This document shows positions 38,701 through 52,400 of a DNA stretch of 64,000 bases, piece by piece. The position numbers were made by a program, and so were the translations under genes. Under the pieces are notes generated by a model. It was not told the origin of the DNA and did not search any database. It saw only the letters and a program-made list of their open reading frames with translations. Every line of letters begins with the position of its first letter. Position 1 is the stretch's first letter. This DNA comes from Eledone cirrhosa (lineage: Eukaryota), in contig OZ024741.1 of assembly GCA_964016885.1 (NCBI GenBank), positions 18,042,001 through 18,106,000 of the forward strand, written 5' to 3'.

Positions 38701-39151
38701 CCCAACGTGCATCTAGGATGTCATTCCAATCCCCCGCTAGAAGCAGGGAACGCGCCGTTCCCAGAAAAGTCTCCAGACGCTGGAAGAAGTCGGGTCGTTC
38801 AGCTCCGAAAGGGGAGTAGACGGCGACCAGTCTCAAGGCTGCACCTTCACTACTGCCAACGTCTAGCACCAACAAACGACCTTCCGGGTCCGAGTGAACA
38901 ACCTGTACGACGAGACCCAGTTGTTTTTCCAGCAGTACGACAACCCCACCCCCACCTCCAAGTTGACAGAGAGATGCATGCACCTCAAAGTCATCGAAGG
39001 TAAGGGCCAGCTGCCGCACGACGCTGATCCGAGTCTCACAGATAACTATTACATTTATACCACGTGACCTGAGGTCATTTAGAAGCTTTGCTTGCTTCCA
39101 AGTTGAGCCCAGGCCACGTGCATTCAAACATCCTACTATTAACACATCCAT
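35715..39151 (-). pseudogene. Element C ORF2 (APE-RT-zf), disrupted
   Basis: MDVLIVGCLNARGL, GDWN, TDH, AYADD; ORFs 38414-39151, 38093-38401, 36222-38015 and 35715-36119. Confidence 0.9.
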
Positions 39152-39184
39152 GTGGGCGGCAAAGCCAAAGTAGAGTGTAGAGAC

Positions 39185-41033
39185 TTACCTTTCTGCTTCC
39201 CGGGGTTCGGGTCGCACGACTTCCATGGGGTCGGGGGTGTTGGGTGAAGGGGTGTCTTGTGGTGGTGTGGGGTCGTCAGTGTGTGGTGGGGTTGGGGTGT
39301 TTGGAGTTGTGTTGGGGAGAGGAAGGGGAGGGGGAAAGCTTTTTAGGAGGACGCGGTTTATGGGTTTGACAGAGGGTGGTCCTACGTCCTCCTTAAAATC
39401 CTTTTTTAGTTTTTGGTAGAGGTTCATTGGGATCTTTATTAATTTTAAATGTGGGTAGTTTTCTGAAGAAACAAAGTTTACCCCTTCGGTTTGTACCGAA
39501 GGGTTATTGTTTATGAGTTCATTTAATTTATTATTGTTTCTGTTGATGTAAGTATAGTGTAATGTCTTTTTTTCGGATGGTGTGAGTGTTTCGAAGAAGG
39601 GGAGGGGCAGGTTTGGTTTTGTTTGTTGCTGGAGGGGTGTTTTGTGTTTTGTTGGATTGTGTTGACATTTGGGTAGGGGTTGTTTGGCCTTGTGTGTTTT
39701 GCACATGTTTTCTATTTTTCCTTTTAATCTGTCTGAAGGACTCCGTTTCTTCCTCCGAATTCGTTGGGTTATCTTCAGTGTTGGAGGGAAGAGGTATGTT
39801 TGCTGGTAATGTTTCCGTGTTGGTTTTCTTTGTGGGGGAGATGGATGTCACTATGTTAGACTGTGTTGTGTGTTGTGGCTGCGGTGGTTGTGTTGTTTTA
39901 TTGAGTGAGGGGTTGGGTGGGACTGTGTTTTGTTTTTGGGTAATGTGTTGTGTTTGTTTGTGTTGTGGTGGTGGTGTAGTTTTACTGAGGGACGGGTTGG
40001 GTGGGACTGAGTTTTGTTGTTTGTTTATCTGTTGTGGTGGTGGTGGAGCTGGTGTTGGTAGCAGGGTTTTCTTCTTGTTGAGTTGGGGACAAGCCGCCTT
40101 CAGGTGCCCTCTGCCTGCAGAGATATGACAGGACGGCCTTCTCCCCTCCACGCTAATGTTTATATACCCGTGGCCCTCTAATAGAATTCTGTCGGGTATT
40201 TGGGCAATGCGTTCAGGCTTCATTTGCACTACAAGTTCTATACCTGTTCCACTGAACGCATTGCCTGTGGTTTTCCCAATGGAAATCACGTTGTCATTCG
40301 CTGGATCGATGAAGCCAGCTATGAGCCAGCAGTAGTCCACATCTGGCATCATCGCATCCAGCCATATGCGCTGAGTTCTTTTACCCATATGAGATGGATA
40401 AAAGGTAAAATTTGTCGAACGAATCGGCGACAAAGCATATTTTTTTGCCGCTGATTCGTTCTTCATAATAATCGCTAGGCTTCCATACAGTCTGTCCCTT
40501 CTTATGAAAGTGGCTTCATTAAGTACTTCTGTAAGTACTGCTTTAATTTCTGCTTGTGTTGGTTGTTGAGGTTTTTTTGAGATGTTGTTGATGGTGCGGA
40601 AAACGACCGTCCGACTTTCAATATCTTTGGTGAGATCTTGGGGCATTTTTACCGATAAGGTTCCATTTTCCCCTTGAGTTATGTATTGTTTGGCGTTTTT
40701 TATTCTTTGTGCCACATCTGAAATATTTTCAGGTATATATGTTAAAGATTTCTTTGTTGTTTGTGCAAATGAAATATTATTGGTGTTGACTTTGTCGTCT
40801 GCTTTGCTTTCTGTTATGATGTTGTTTTCAAATGTTATTTTTGTGTTTGTTGTGTCTTTGCTTGTGGTATTAATATTGTCATGCAATTCTTTCAAATTTT
40901 TGTTGTTGTTGGAATCAATGTCCAGATTTGTGTTTTCGTCATTTTTCTCCGCACATTCGTCTGTTTTTATTTTATTTTTTCCTTCCTTCTCTATGACGTT
41001 AGTTGGGAAGGAAGAGGGGACTAAAGCGTGCAA
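39185..41033 (-). pseudogene. Element C ORF1 (degenerate knuckle CHISAGRGHLKAAC), one frameshift
   Basis: ORFs 39531-41033 and 39185-39706 are homologous to ORF1 of A and B. Confidence 0.85.
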
Positions 41034-41323
41034 GCTTACAACTCTTACCGCTGTCCCCCACCACTATTTTCGTTAGCTTCGTTTAACATTTCTGCCAGAC
41101 GATTGAAATTTTATGCCACAAAATTTAAAAAAACAGGTTTTTCACCCCTGGGAGGGGCGAAGATGAGCTGACCCACCGCCTGACAGTTCAGACGGGGGGT
41201 CAAGCTACACAATAGTATCAAAATTAAAATTGAACTTACAAAATTTCCGCAATAAATTGGAACAAAACTTCTGCGCGAAGTGAATTACGTCTACGCTATA
41301 GAACAGACGACAGCTAGATTATT

Positions 41324-41324
<1 letters not shown>

Positions 41325-41410
<86 letters not shown>
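41325..41410. repeat. (GATA)n array at the 5' end of element C
   Basis: Direct reading; followed by GA-rich low-complexity sequence to about 41700. Confidence 0.97.
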
Positions 41411-41411
<1 letters not shown>

Positions 41412-41888
41412 GCAGGTGAAAGGAAAAGGTATGAGAGAGTGAGAGGTATGAGAGAGTGACAGCTATGTGAGAGTAACAGGTATGGGAGAGTGAGGTATGA
41501 AAGACAGGTCTGAGAGAGAGAGGTATGTAACAGTGAAGTGTGAGATGTATGAGAGAGGCACGAGAGAGTGAGATATGAAACAACGAGAGAGGGAGAGACA
41601 GACAGACAGAGTGAGAGTGTGAGAGACAAACATAGAGGCATAAGATAGAGAGAGGGATAAGATAGAGAGAGGGATAATATAGAGGGTGGGAAGAGAAGTG
41701 GAAGTATTTGTCGAGACAGATTTGGTAAAACCGGTCCAATATTAGTCAGTTGTCCACCTGTTTCTCATTAACTACCTTGATAACATATACAAGATACTGG
41801 CAATGTGTCATCTGATTTAGTTTGTCACATTCATATATATATAGAGTAACAGGAGGCTGGACTGGTGTAAATCCTTGAAAGGTTTATT

Positions 41889-41946
41889 ATACTATGATCA
41901 TTTCAATGACCGGGTTCCATATGAATCCGGTGATATCATCAGGTAT
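41889..41946 (-). ncRNA. Type I hammerhead ribozyme motif
   Basis: Minus: ATAC-CTGATGA-TATCACCGG...CCGGTCATT-GAA-ATGATCAT-A-GTAT; palindromic stem III. Confidence 0.68.
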
Positions 41947-42138
41947 TCGAAATATAACAAAGGAATATATAAAAACCATGGGTCCGAAAAATCAGAGACA
42001 GAGAGGACGACTGACCAACTAGCTGCTTACACCTCGGCCAGTCGTCCTCGAGGTGAAAACAGCTAGTTGGTCAGTCGTCCTCTCTGTCCCTGATTTTTCG
42101 GACCCATGGTTTTTATATATTCCTTTGTTATATTTCGA

Positions 42139-42196
42139 ATACCTGATGATATCACCGGATTCATATGGAACCCGGTCATTGAAATGACCATAGTAT
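42139..42196 (+). ncRNA. Type I hammerhead ribozyme motif (mirror copy, stem III ATGACCAT)
   Basis: ATAC-CTGATGA-...-GAA-ATGACCAT-A-GTAT. Confidence 0.62.
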
Positions 42197-42388
42197 AATA
42201 AACCTTTCAAGGATTTACACCAGTCCAGCCTCCTGTTACTCTATTTATAATTAACTCCGTATTCGCACCACCAACTACACAAACGAAGACGAGTGAACTG
42301 CACTGCGTTGAGTACTCTCCACAATATTACACCAAGATTGACCATACGGAATGACCAATTCTATCCAGTGGTGAACCAACAAACCTAT

Positions 42389-42477
<89 letters not shown>

Positions 42478-42554
42478 TTATTAAAATAACAGATTAAAGT
42501 TTAAGCAAGGAATCGCTGCTTTCACCCTTAACGGGATCTTTTTATTATTATTAC

Positions 42555-42630
<76 letters not shown>

Positions 42631-42631
42631 A

Positions 42632-42800
42632 GTCGATCGACTTTCGGGAAATCGGACCGAGGAAACAATGTTTCCATTGGTCTTTCCAATTGCTAATACT
42701 GTCTATCGCAACTCGAGGTAGAAGGAGCAGCATGAAATAAAGTGTCTTGTTCAAGGAAATAACGCATCGCCCGGTCCGGGTGAAATACTGGTGTTGGTAC
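42632..42800 (-). mobile_element. SINE family 2 copy
   Basis: Reverse complement homologous to 22460-22612. Confidence 0.7.
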
Positions 42801-43301
42801 CAGATGAATCACTCTATGCGCAGGCAGAGTGTATATAATAGAAAAAAAACTTCCTCGTTTTTTATGCGATTATATATATATTCAAAGAGAGAGGGGGGAG
42901 AAGGGAAGACACACACACACACACAGAAGCGATAAAGTTTCATTTAGATGCATTTAAATTTTGATTATGTATCGAACTATTACGCGCGTTTCGCATATGA
43001 TTCGCTCAGGGTCAGCTATAGAAGTTACGAACCCGACTCCAATATCGATCAGCAACTAAGACTGAAACTTCATCGTTTTTCTCGATATGTACATTCTTCC
43101 TATGCATCGACAGCTCGTTTTGGTACCAACATCACAAATTCGCCTAATTACATACTAATGGTTTCCTTCGATTGAAACAGTTCTAGTCCCGTAGAAGCCA
43201 TTTCTGTATTAAACATGTTGTATACACTCTACAAAGTAGCTTAGTGGTTACCCCCGATTGAATCCGGGAAACCTTTCTCTCTCTCCCTCTCTCTCTCTCT
43301 A

Positions 43302-43358
<57 letters not shown>

Positions 43359-43529
43359 GCATATATATACATATACATATATACGTATGGGTTATATCGA
43401 ATATTAATAATAATATTCGATTCGTTTGTAAACAAACGGCCCGATTAAAACTGTGCCGCGCCGATGATAAATCGTCATCTGTTTGTTCAACACTGGCATT
43501 GAGGAACAATATTTCTTGAAAATATCCAA

Positions 43530-44320
43530 GTCTACACCATGCAGATCTCAAATTTCTTGGCAGCTTGTTGAAAAGTTGAGGACCTTTGAACCCCAGGCTA
43601 TTGCAATATCTGCTCCCTATTCTAGATGTGGAAAACAGGACTTTGGCACCACACAGTGACGTCCTGTTCGAGGGTTGGTCCAGCTCTCAATGCCAAAGTT
43701 TGGTGCTAGTCCCTCCAGGATTTTCCAAATGTATATCACTGCGTATCTCTCCCGTCTTCGTTCCAAGGAGTAGAGGTTTAGTTCTTTTAGCCTCTCCCAG
43801 TAGCTTATCTCCTTCATCGTCGCAATCCTCTTGGTGTAGCTTCGTTGGATTGCCTCAAGCTCCGTGGTTAGTTTGACACTATGGAGTGACTACAGCTGGG
43901 AGCAGTAGTCCAGTCAGCTTAGGAAAAATGTCCTCCATAGTATCAACATGGTCTCTCGGTCTCTTGTCCAGAAAGTCCTCAAAACCCAGCCAGTGAGTCG
44001 TCTGCACATTGTCGCCACCCTCATGATGTGTGAAGAAAAAGATGCATCATCGCTCATATATCTCCAAGTCTCGTATCGATTTCGACACGGGGATTTCGAT
44101 CCCTCCTGGTCCGGTGTAGCTGAGTTGTACTGTCTTTGTGTTAGCAGGTTGGTATTGTAAGGATTGAAATTCTCCAGCATTAAACTGCATTTTTTTCTAT
44201 ATGGCATCCAGATCTTGTAAAAGGGTAGCGTCAGCCAGGTTTTTGGTTGCCTGTGCTACCTTAGTGTCATCAGCATAGCTAGTGAGGGATGCTGTATGTA
44301 CTACAGAGGGCATGTCTGAG
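43530..44320 (-). mobile_element. CR1-group LINE fragment (same family as 2001-3700)
   Basis: SYADDTKV and LKELNLYSLERRRERYAVIYIWKILEG motifs; nucleotide similarity to 2250-2740. Confidence 0.85.
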
Positions 44321-44481
44321 GTATATATATATACATACACACATATATATTTGATTAAATTCACATTTTTCATCTGAGGAATATTTAATACTGGCGTTTC
44401 GCTGAGGGGTGGGGGGTGGTACTTCGGCATCTCGTCAATTCAACATATTTGTTATAGATGTGGGGATTAAAGCTCTACTAT

Positions 44482-44512
<31 letters not shown>

Positions 44513-44662
44513 ATATATATATGTGTATATATTATCAAACATTTGCTCTATGGCTTTATATATCGACAAGGATAACATATATTTTTTTATATATATATTA
44601 TCCTTGTCGAGCCCTCTTCGGATTTTAATCTTCACATTTATTATTATTACTATATGTATGTA

Positions 44663-45020
44663 TTAACAAAAGATCGGAGGCCATATTCAGTTGATTCAGG
44701 TTTATTTAAAACTCCGTTATACATATTTCACTGAGGAATATCCGTTATGATAGCCTGAGCTCTTCAGACGGAAAAACCTCAAATAAACATTGAAAGTTCC
44801 TAATAAACCTTTAAATTAGGAAAAATCCAATAATTTCCCCGACAAAGATTTTCTTTTCATGATACAGAGGCCGGTTGTTGAAGAACCAAAAGCACATGTT
44901 CGGCCGGCCCTGTATCATGAAATAAAAATGTTCATATCTGATGGTCCTCAGTGAAATATGTGTAGCGGAGTTTTAGACAAACCTGAAACAACTGAATATG
45001 GCGTCCGATCTTTTATTAAT
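44663..45020. mobile_element. Diverged foldback element with nested inner inverted repeat, carrying a hammerhead motif
   Basis: Outer arms about 44663-44737 and 44946-45020; inner arms TTTCATGATACAGAGGCCGG / CCGGCCCTGTATCATGAAA. Confidence 0.75.
44713..44772 (-). ncRNA. Type I hammerhead ribozyme motif
   Basis: Minus: TCCGT-CTGAAGA-GCTCAGG..TATC/GATA..CCTCAGT-GAA-ATATGTAT-A-ACGGA. Confidence 0.65.
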
Positions 45021-45592
45021 ATATAATGCTCCGTCTTGTACCATTTATACAGGTCGTTGAGCACTTCTTTTTATCTGCTTCACAACCGACAGACCATAAT
45101 GTGGTCCACACATCTCTGTTCTGTTGACCCCATACTCTAATACACATACACACGCACACACACACACACACACATACCCCCCCCCCCCCCACAAACACAT
45201 ATATATATATATATATATATACAGACGTCAAAATACACATTCATTCATCATATTAAGTCCATAAATGCATACATACATACATACATACATTCAGACATAC
45301 CTAGCTATATACAAACCATATAAATACACATGTACATACATACATACATACATACATAATGATGGCTGCCCCCTCGTTATCGAGTATGGCCATTGCACGA
45401 TATACCATTCTTAATAATTATTAATTAATTCTATGGTGAATACATACATACTCACACACACATACATACATACATACATACATACATACATACATACATA
45501 CATACATACATACATACATACATACACAGATACACATACATATATACATATACAGGCCAAATTCCAGGAACGGATAACGATATCACCATTTT

Positions 45593-45727
45593 ACGGCCCT
45601 TGCCATTCTGAGTTCAAATCCCACCAAGGTTAACTTTGCCTTTCATCCTTACGGTGTCGATAAAATAAAGTACCAGTAATACACTGTGTAATGGTTGGCC
45701 TTGTGCCTAACGTAGAAATAATTATTA
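45593..45727 (+). mobile_element. SINE family 1, 5'-truncated
   Basis: CATTCTGAGTTCAAATC...CTTTGCCTTTCATCC...AAAGTACCAG...ATTATTA. Confidence 0.75.
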
Positions 45728-46419
45728 AATATTCCTTCCAGATCCTGGTGTTTCATACTACCTATCCCTTGTATATATGTGTATATATGTATACATGTAT
45801 GGTATGTGTGTGTGAGTATGAGTGCGTGTTTGTGTGTGTGAGTATATCTGTATGTGTGTGTGTGTGAGTGTATGTGTGTATGCAAGCGTGTGTATCTATA
45901 AGCTTTCTTGTATGTGGTGGTAAAGGCGACATAATAATGTGTGTGTGTGTGCATGTATGTATGAGTGTATGTGTATGTATGTTAGTGTGTGTGCATGTAT
46001 GTGTGAGTGTGTGAGTGTGTGTGCATGTATGTGTGAGTGTGTGTGTGTGTATGCTAGTGTGTGTGCATGTATGTGTGAGTGTGTGTGTATGCTAGTGTGT
46101 GTGTGTGCATGTATGTGTGAGTGTATGTGTATGCTAGTGTGTGGGCATGTATGTATGAGTGTGTGTGTGTGTGCATGTGTGTGTGAGTGAGTGTGTGTAT
46201 GCTAGTGTGTGCATTTATGTGTGAGTGAGTGTGTATGCTAGTGTGTGTGTGTTCATGTATGTTGTTCGTCTGTGTGTGTGTGTGCATGTATGTATGTGTG
46301 TATGCTAGTGTGTATGTATCTATAGGGACGTATCTATGTCTATATTGGACTGTGTGTCTTTATGTTACGATCCCTGTATGTGGTAGTAATGGGGACATGA
46401 TGTGTGTGTGTATGTATGT

Positions 46420-49400
46420 GTGTATACTAGTGTATGTATACTAGTGTATGTATACTAGTGTATGTATACAAGTGTGTGTGTATACTAGTGTGTATGTATA
46501 CTAGTGTATGTATACTAGTGTATGTATACAAGTGTGTGTGTATACTAGTGTGTATGTATACAAGTGTGTGTGTATACTAGTGTGTATGTATACAAGTGTG
46601 TATGTATACCAGTGTGTATGTATACTAGTGTGCATGTATACTAGTGTGTATGTATACCAGTGTGTATGTATACTAGTGTGTATGTATACAAGTGTGTGTG
46701 TATACTAGTGTGTATGTATACAAGTGTGTATGTATACTAGTGTGTATGTATACTAGTGTGTATGTATACCAGTGTGTATGTATACTAGTGTGTATGTATA
46801 CAAGTGTGTGTGTATACTAGTGTGTATGTATACAAGTGTGTATGTATACCAGTGTGTATGTATACTAGTGTGTATGTATACTAGTGTGTATGTATACTAG
46901 TGTGTATGTATACTAGTGTGTATGTATACCAGTGTGTATGTATACTAGTGTGTATGTATACTAGTGTATATGTATACTAGTGTGTATGTATACCAGTGTG
47001 TATGTATACTAGTGTGTATGTATACTAGTGTGTATGTATACCAGTGTGTATGTATACTAGTGTATGTATACCAGTGTGTGTGTATACTAGTGTATATGTA
47101 TACCAGTGTGTATGTATACTAGTGTATGTATACCAGTGTGTATGTATACTAGTGTGTATGTATACTAGTGTATGTATACCAGTGTGTATGTATACTAGTG
47201 TATGTATACCAGTGTGTATGTATACTAGTGTGTACGTATACCAGTGTGTATGTATACTAGTGTATATGTATACTAGTGTGTATGTATACCAGTGTGTGTG
47301 TATACTAGTGTATGTATACCAGTGTGTATGTATACCAGTGTATATGTATACTAGTGTGTATGTATACTAGTGTATATGTATACTAGTGTGTATGTATACT
47401 AGTGTATGTATACCAGTGTGTATGTATACCAGTGTGTATGTATACCAGTGTGTATGTATACCAGTGTGTATGTATAATAGTGTGTATGTATACCAGTGTA
47501 TATGTATACTAGTGTGTATGTATACTAGTGTGTATGTATACCAGTGTGTATGTATACTAGTGTGTATGTATACTAGTGTGTATGTATACTAGTGTGTATG
47601 TATACTAGTGTCTATGTATACCAGTGTGTATGTATTCCAGTGTGTATGTATACTAGTGTCTATGTATACCAGTGTGTATGTATACTAGTGTGTATGTATA
47701 CCAGTGTGTATGTATACTAGTGTGTACGTATACTAGTGTGTATGTATACTAGTGTGTATGTATACTAGTGTCTATGTATACCAGTGTGTATGTATACTAG
47801 TGTGTATGTATACTAGTGTGTATGTATACTAGTGTGTATGTATACCAGTGTGTATGTATACTAGTGTGTATGTATACCAGTGTGTATGTATACTAGTGTC
47901 TATGTATACCAGTGTGTATGTATACTAGTGTGTATGTATACTAGTGTGTGTGTATACTAGTGTATATGTATACCAGTGTGTATGTATACTAGTGTGTATG
48001 TATACTAGTGTATATGTATACTAGTGTGTATGTATACTAGTGTGTGTGTATACTAGTGTATGTATACCAGTGTGTATGTATACTAGTGTGTATGTATACT
48101 AGTGTGTATGTATACTAGTGTATATGTATACTAGTGTGTATGTATACCAGTGTGTGTGTATACTAGTGTGTATGTATACCAGTGTGTATGTATACTAGTG
48201 TCTATGTATACCAGTGCGTATGTATACTAGTGTGTATGTATACTAGTGTGTGTATACTAGTGTGTATGTATACTAGTGTGTGTGTATACTAGTGTATATG
48301 TATACCAGTGTGTATGTATACTAGTGTGTATGTATACTAGTGTATATGTATACTAGTGTGTATGTATACTAGTGTGTGTGTATACTAGTGTATGTATACC
48401 AGTGTGTATGTATACTAGTGTGTATGTATACTAGTGTATATGTATACTAGTGTGTGTGTATACTAGTGTGTATGTATACCAGTGTGTATGTATACTAGTG
48501 TGTATGTATACCAGTGTGTATGTATACTAGTGTGTATGTATACCAGTGTGTATGTATACTAGTGTCTATGTATACCAGTGTGTATGTATACTAGTGTGTA
48601 TGTATACTAGTGTGTATGTATACTAGTGTGTGTGTATACTAGTGTATATGTATACTAGTGTGTATGTATACCAGTGTGTATGTATACTAGTGTGTATGTA
48701 TACCAGTGTGTATGTATACAAGTGTGTATGTATACCAGTGTGTATTTATACCAGTGTGTATGTATACCAGTGTGTATTTATACCAGTGTGTATGTATACT
48801 AGTGTGTATGTATACTAGTGTGTATGTATACTAGTGTGTATGTATACTAGTGTGTATGTATACAAGTGTGTATGTATACCAGTGTGTATGTATACTAGTG
48901 TGTATGTATACTAGTGTGTATGTATACCAGTGTGTATGTATACTAGTGTGTATGTATACAAGTGTGTGTGTATACTAGTGTGTATGTATACAAGTGTGTA
49001 TGTATACTAGTGTGTATGTATACTAGTGTGTATGTATACCAGTGTGTATGTATACTAGTGTGTATGTATACAAGTGTGTGTGTATACTAGTGTGTATGTA
49101 TACAAGTGTGTATGTATACCAGTGTGTATGTATACTAGTGTGTATGTATACTAGTGTGTATGTATACTAGTGTGTATGTATACTAGTGTATATGTATACT
49201 AGTGTGTATGTATACTAGTGTATGTATACCAGTGTGTATGTATACCAGTGTGTATGTATACCAGTGTGTATGTATACCAGTGTGTATGTATAATAGTGTG
49301 TATGTATACCAGTGTATATGTATACTAGTGTGTATGTATACTAGTGTGTATGTATACCAGTGTGTATGTATACTAGTGTGTATGTATACTAGTGTGTATG

Positions 49401-52400
49401 TATACTAGTGTGTATGTATACTAGTGTCTATGTATACCAGTGTGTATGTATTCCAGTGTGTATGTATACTAGTGTCTATGTATACCAGTGTGTATGTATA
49501 CTAGTGTGTATGTATACCAGTGTGTATGTATACTAGTGTGTACGTATACTAGTGTGTATGTATACTAGTGTGTATGTATACTAGTGTCTATGTATACCAG
49601 TGTGTATGTATACTAGTGTGTATGTATACTAGTGTGTATGTATACTAGTGTGTATGTATACCAGTGTGTATGTATACTAGTGTGTATGTATACCAGTGTG
49701 TATGTATACTAGTGTCTATGTATACCAGTGTGTATGTATACTAGTGTGTATGTATACTAGTGTGTGTGTATACTAGTGTATATGTATACCAGTGTGTATG
49801 TATACTAGTGTGTATGTATACTAGTGTATATGTATACTAGTGTGTATGTATACTAGTGTGTGTGTATACTAGTGTATGTATACCAGTGTGTATGTATACT
49901 AGTGTGTATGTATACTAGTGTGTATGTATACTAGTGTATATGTATACTAGTGTGTATGTATACCAGTGTGTGTGTATACTAGTGTGTATGTATACCAGTG
50001 TGTATGTATACTAGTGTCTATGTATACCAGTGCGTATGTATACTAGTGTGTATGTATACTAGTGTGTGTATACTAGTGTGTATGTATACTAGTGTGTGTG
50101 TATACTAGTGTATATGTATACCAGTGTGTATGTATACTAGTGTGTATGTATACTAGTGTATATGTATACTAGTGTGTATGTATACTAGTGTGTGTGTATA
50201 CTAGTGTATGTATACCAGTGTGTATGTATACTAGTGTGTATGTATACTAGTGTATATGTATACTAGTGTGTGTGTATACTAGTGTGTATGTATACCAGTG
50301 TGTATGTATACTAGTGTGTATGTATACCAGTGTGTATGTATACTAGTGTGTATGTATACCAGTGTGTATGTATACTAGTGTCTATGTATACCAGTGTGTA
50401 TGTATACTAGTGTGTATGTATACTAGTGTGTATGTATACTAGTGTGTGTGTATACTAGTGTATATGTATACTAGTGTGTATGTATACCAGTGTGTATGTA
50501 TACTAGTGTGTATGTATACCAGTGTGTATGTATACAAGTGTGTATGTATACCAGTGTGTATTTATACCAGTGTGTATGTATACCAGTGTGTATTTATACC
50601 AGTGTGTATGTATACTAGTGTGTATGTATACTAGTGTGTATGTATACTAGTGTGTATGTATACTAGTGTGTATGTATACAAGTGTGTATGTATACCAGTG
50701 TGTATGTATACTAGTGTGTATGTATACTAGTGTGTATGTATACCAGTGTGTATGTATACTAGTGTGTATGTATACAAGTGTGTGTGTATACTAGTGTGTA
50801 TGTATACAAGTGTGTATGTATACTAGTGTGTATGTATACTAGTGTGTATGTATACCAGTGTGTATGTATACTAGTGTGTATGTATACAAGTGTGTGTGTA
50901 TACTAGTGTGTATGTATACAAGTGTGTATGTATACCAGTGTGTATGTATACTAGTGTGTATGTATACTAGTGTGTATGTATACTAGTGTGTATGTATACT
51001 AGTGTGTATGTATACCAGTGTGTATGTATACTAGTGTATGTATACCAGTGTGTATGTATACTAGTGTGTACGTATACTAGTGTGTATGTATACTAGTGTA
51101 TATGTATACTAGTGTGTATGTATACCAGTGTGTGTGTATACTAGTGTATGTATACCAGTGTGTATGTATACCAGTGTATATGTATACTAGTGTGTATGTA
51201 TACTAGTGTATATGTATACTAGTGTGTATGTATACTAGTGTATGTATACCAGTCTGTATGTATACCAGTGCGTATGTATACCAGTGTGTATGTATACCAG
51301 TGTGTATGTATACTAGTGTGTATGTATACTAGTGTGTATGTATACCAGTGTGTATGTATACTAGTGTGTATTATACTAGTGTGTATGTATACTATTGTGT
51401 ATGTATACTAGTGTCTATGTATACCAGTGTGTATGTATTCCAGTGTGTATGTATACTAGTGTCTATGTATACCAGTGTGTATGTATACTAGTGTGTATGT
51501 ATACCAGTGTGTATGTATACTAGTGTGTACGTATACTAGTGTGTATGTATACTAGTGTGTATGTATACTAGTGTCTATGTATACCAGTGTGTATGTATAC
51601 TAGTGTGTATGTATACTAGTGTGTATGTATACTAGTGTGTATGTATACCAGTGTGTATGTATACTAGTGTGTATGTATACCAGTGTGTATGTATACTAGT
51701 GTCTATGTATACCAGTGTGTATGTATACTAGTGTGTATGTATACTAGTGTGTGTGTATACTAGTGTATATGTATACCAGTGTGTATGTATACTAGTGTGT
51801 ATGTATACTAGTGTATATGTATACTAGTGTGTATGTATACTAGTGTGTGTGTATACTAGTGTATGTATACCGGTGTGTATGTATACTAGTGTGTATGTAT
51901 ACTAGTGTGTATGTATACTAGTGTATATGTATACTAGTGTGTATGTATACCAGTGTGTGTGTATACTAGTGTGTATGTATACCAGTGTGTATGTATACTA
52001 GTGTCTATGTATACCAGTGCGTATGTATACTAGTGTGTATGTATACTAGTGTGTGTATACTAGTGTGTATGTATACTAGTGTGTGTGTATACTAGTGTAT
52101 ATGTATACCAGTGTTTATGTATACTAGTGTGTATGTATACTAGTGTATATGTATACTAGTGTGTATGTATACTAGTGTGTGTGTATACTAGTGTATGTAT
52201 ACCAGTGTGTATGTATACTAGTGCGTATGTATACTAGTGTATATGTATACTAGTGTGTGTGTATACTAGTGTGTATGTATACCAGTGTGTATGTATACTA
52301 GTGTGTATGTATACCAGTGTGTATGTATACTAGTGTGTATGTATACCAGTGTGTATGTATACTAGTGTCTATGTATACCAGTGTGTATGTATACTAGTGT

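Larger units (their letters stand above)
35501..41324 (-). mobile_element. Tx1/L1-clade retrotransposon C in (GATA)n
   Basis: 3' end AATAAAGAA|ATCTATC; ORF1 and ORF2 present; 5' end abuts the GATA array at 41325. Confidence 0.9.
41841..42244. mobile_element. Foldback element (185-bp arms, 34-nt loop with its own hairpin) carrying a hammerhead motif
   Basis: 41841-42025 is the reverse complement of 42060-42244; the ORF track shows near-identical ORFs on opposite strands here. Confidence 0.9.

Noticed and set aside
23719-41324. LTR retrotransposon or simple tandem duplication interpretation of A/B/C
   Set aside because: APE plus non-LTR RT motifs, no integrase, protease or LTRs, and the copies are substantially diverged with different 5' regions.
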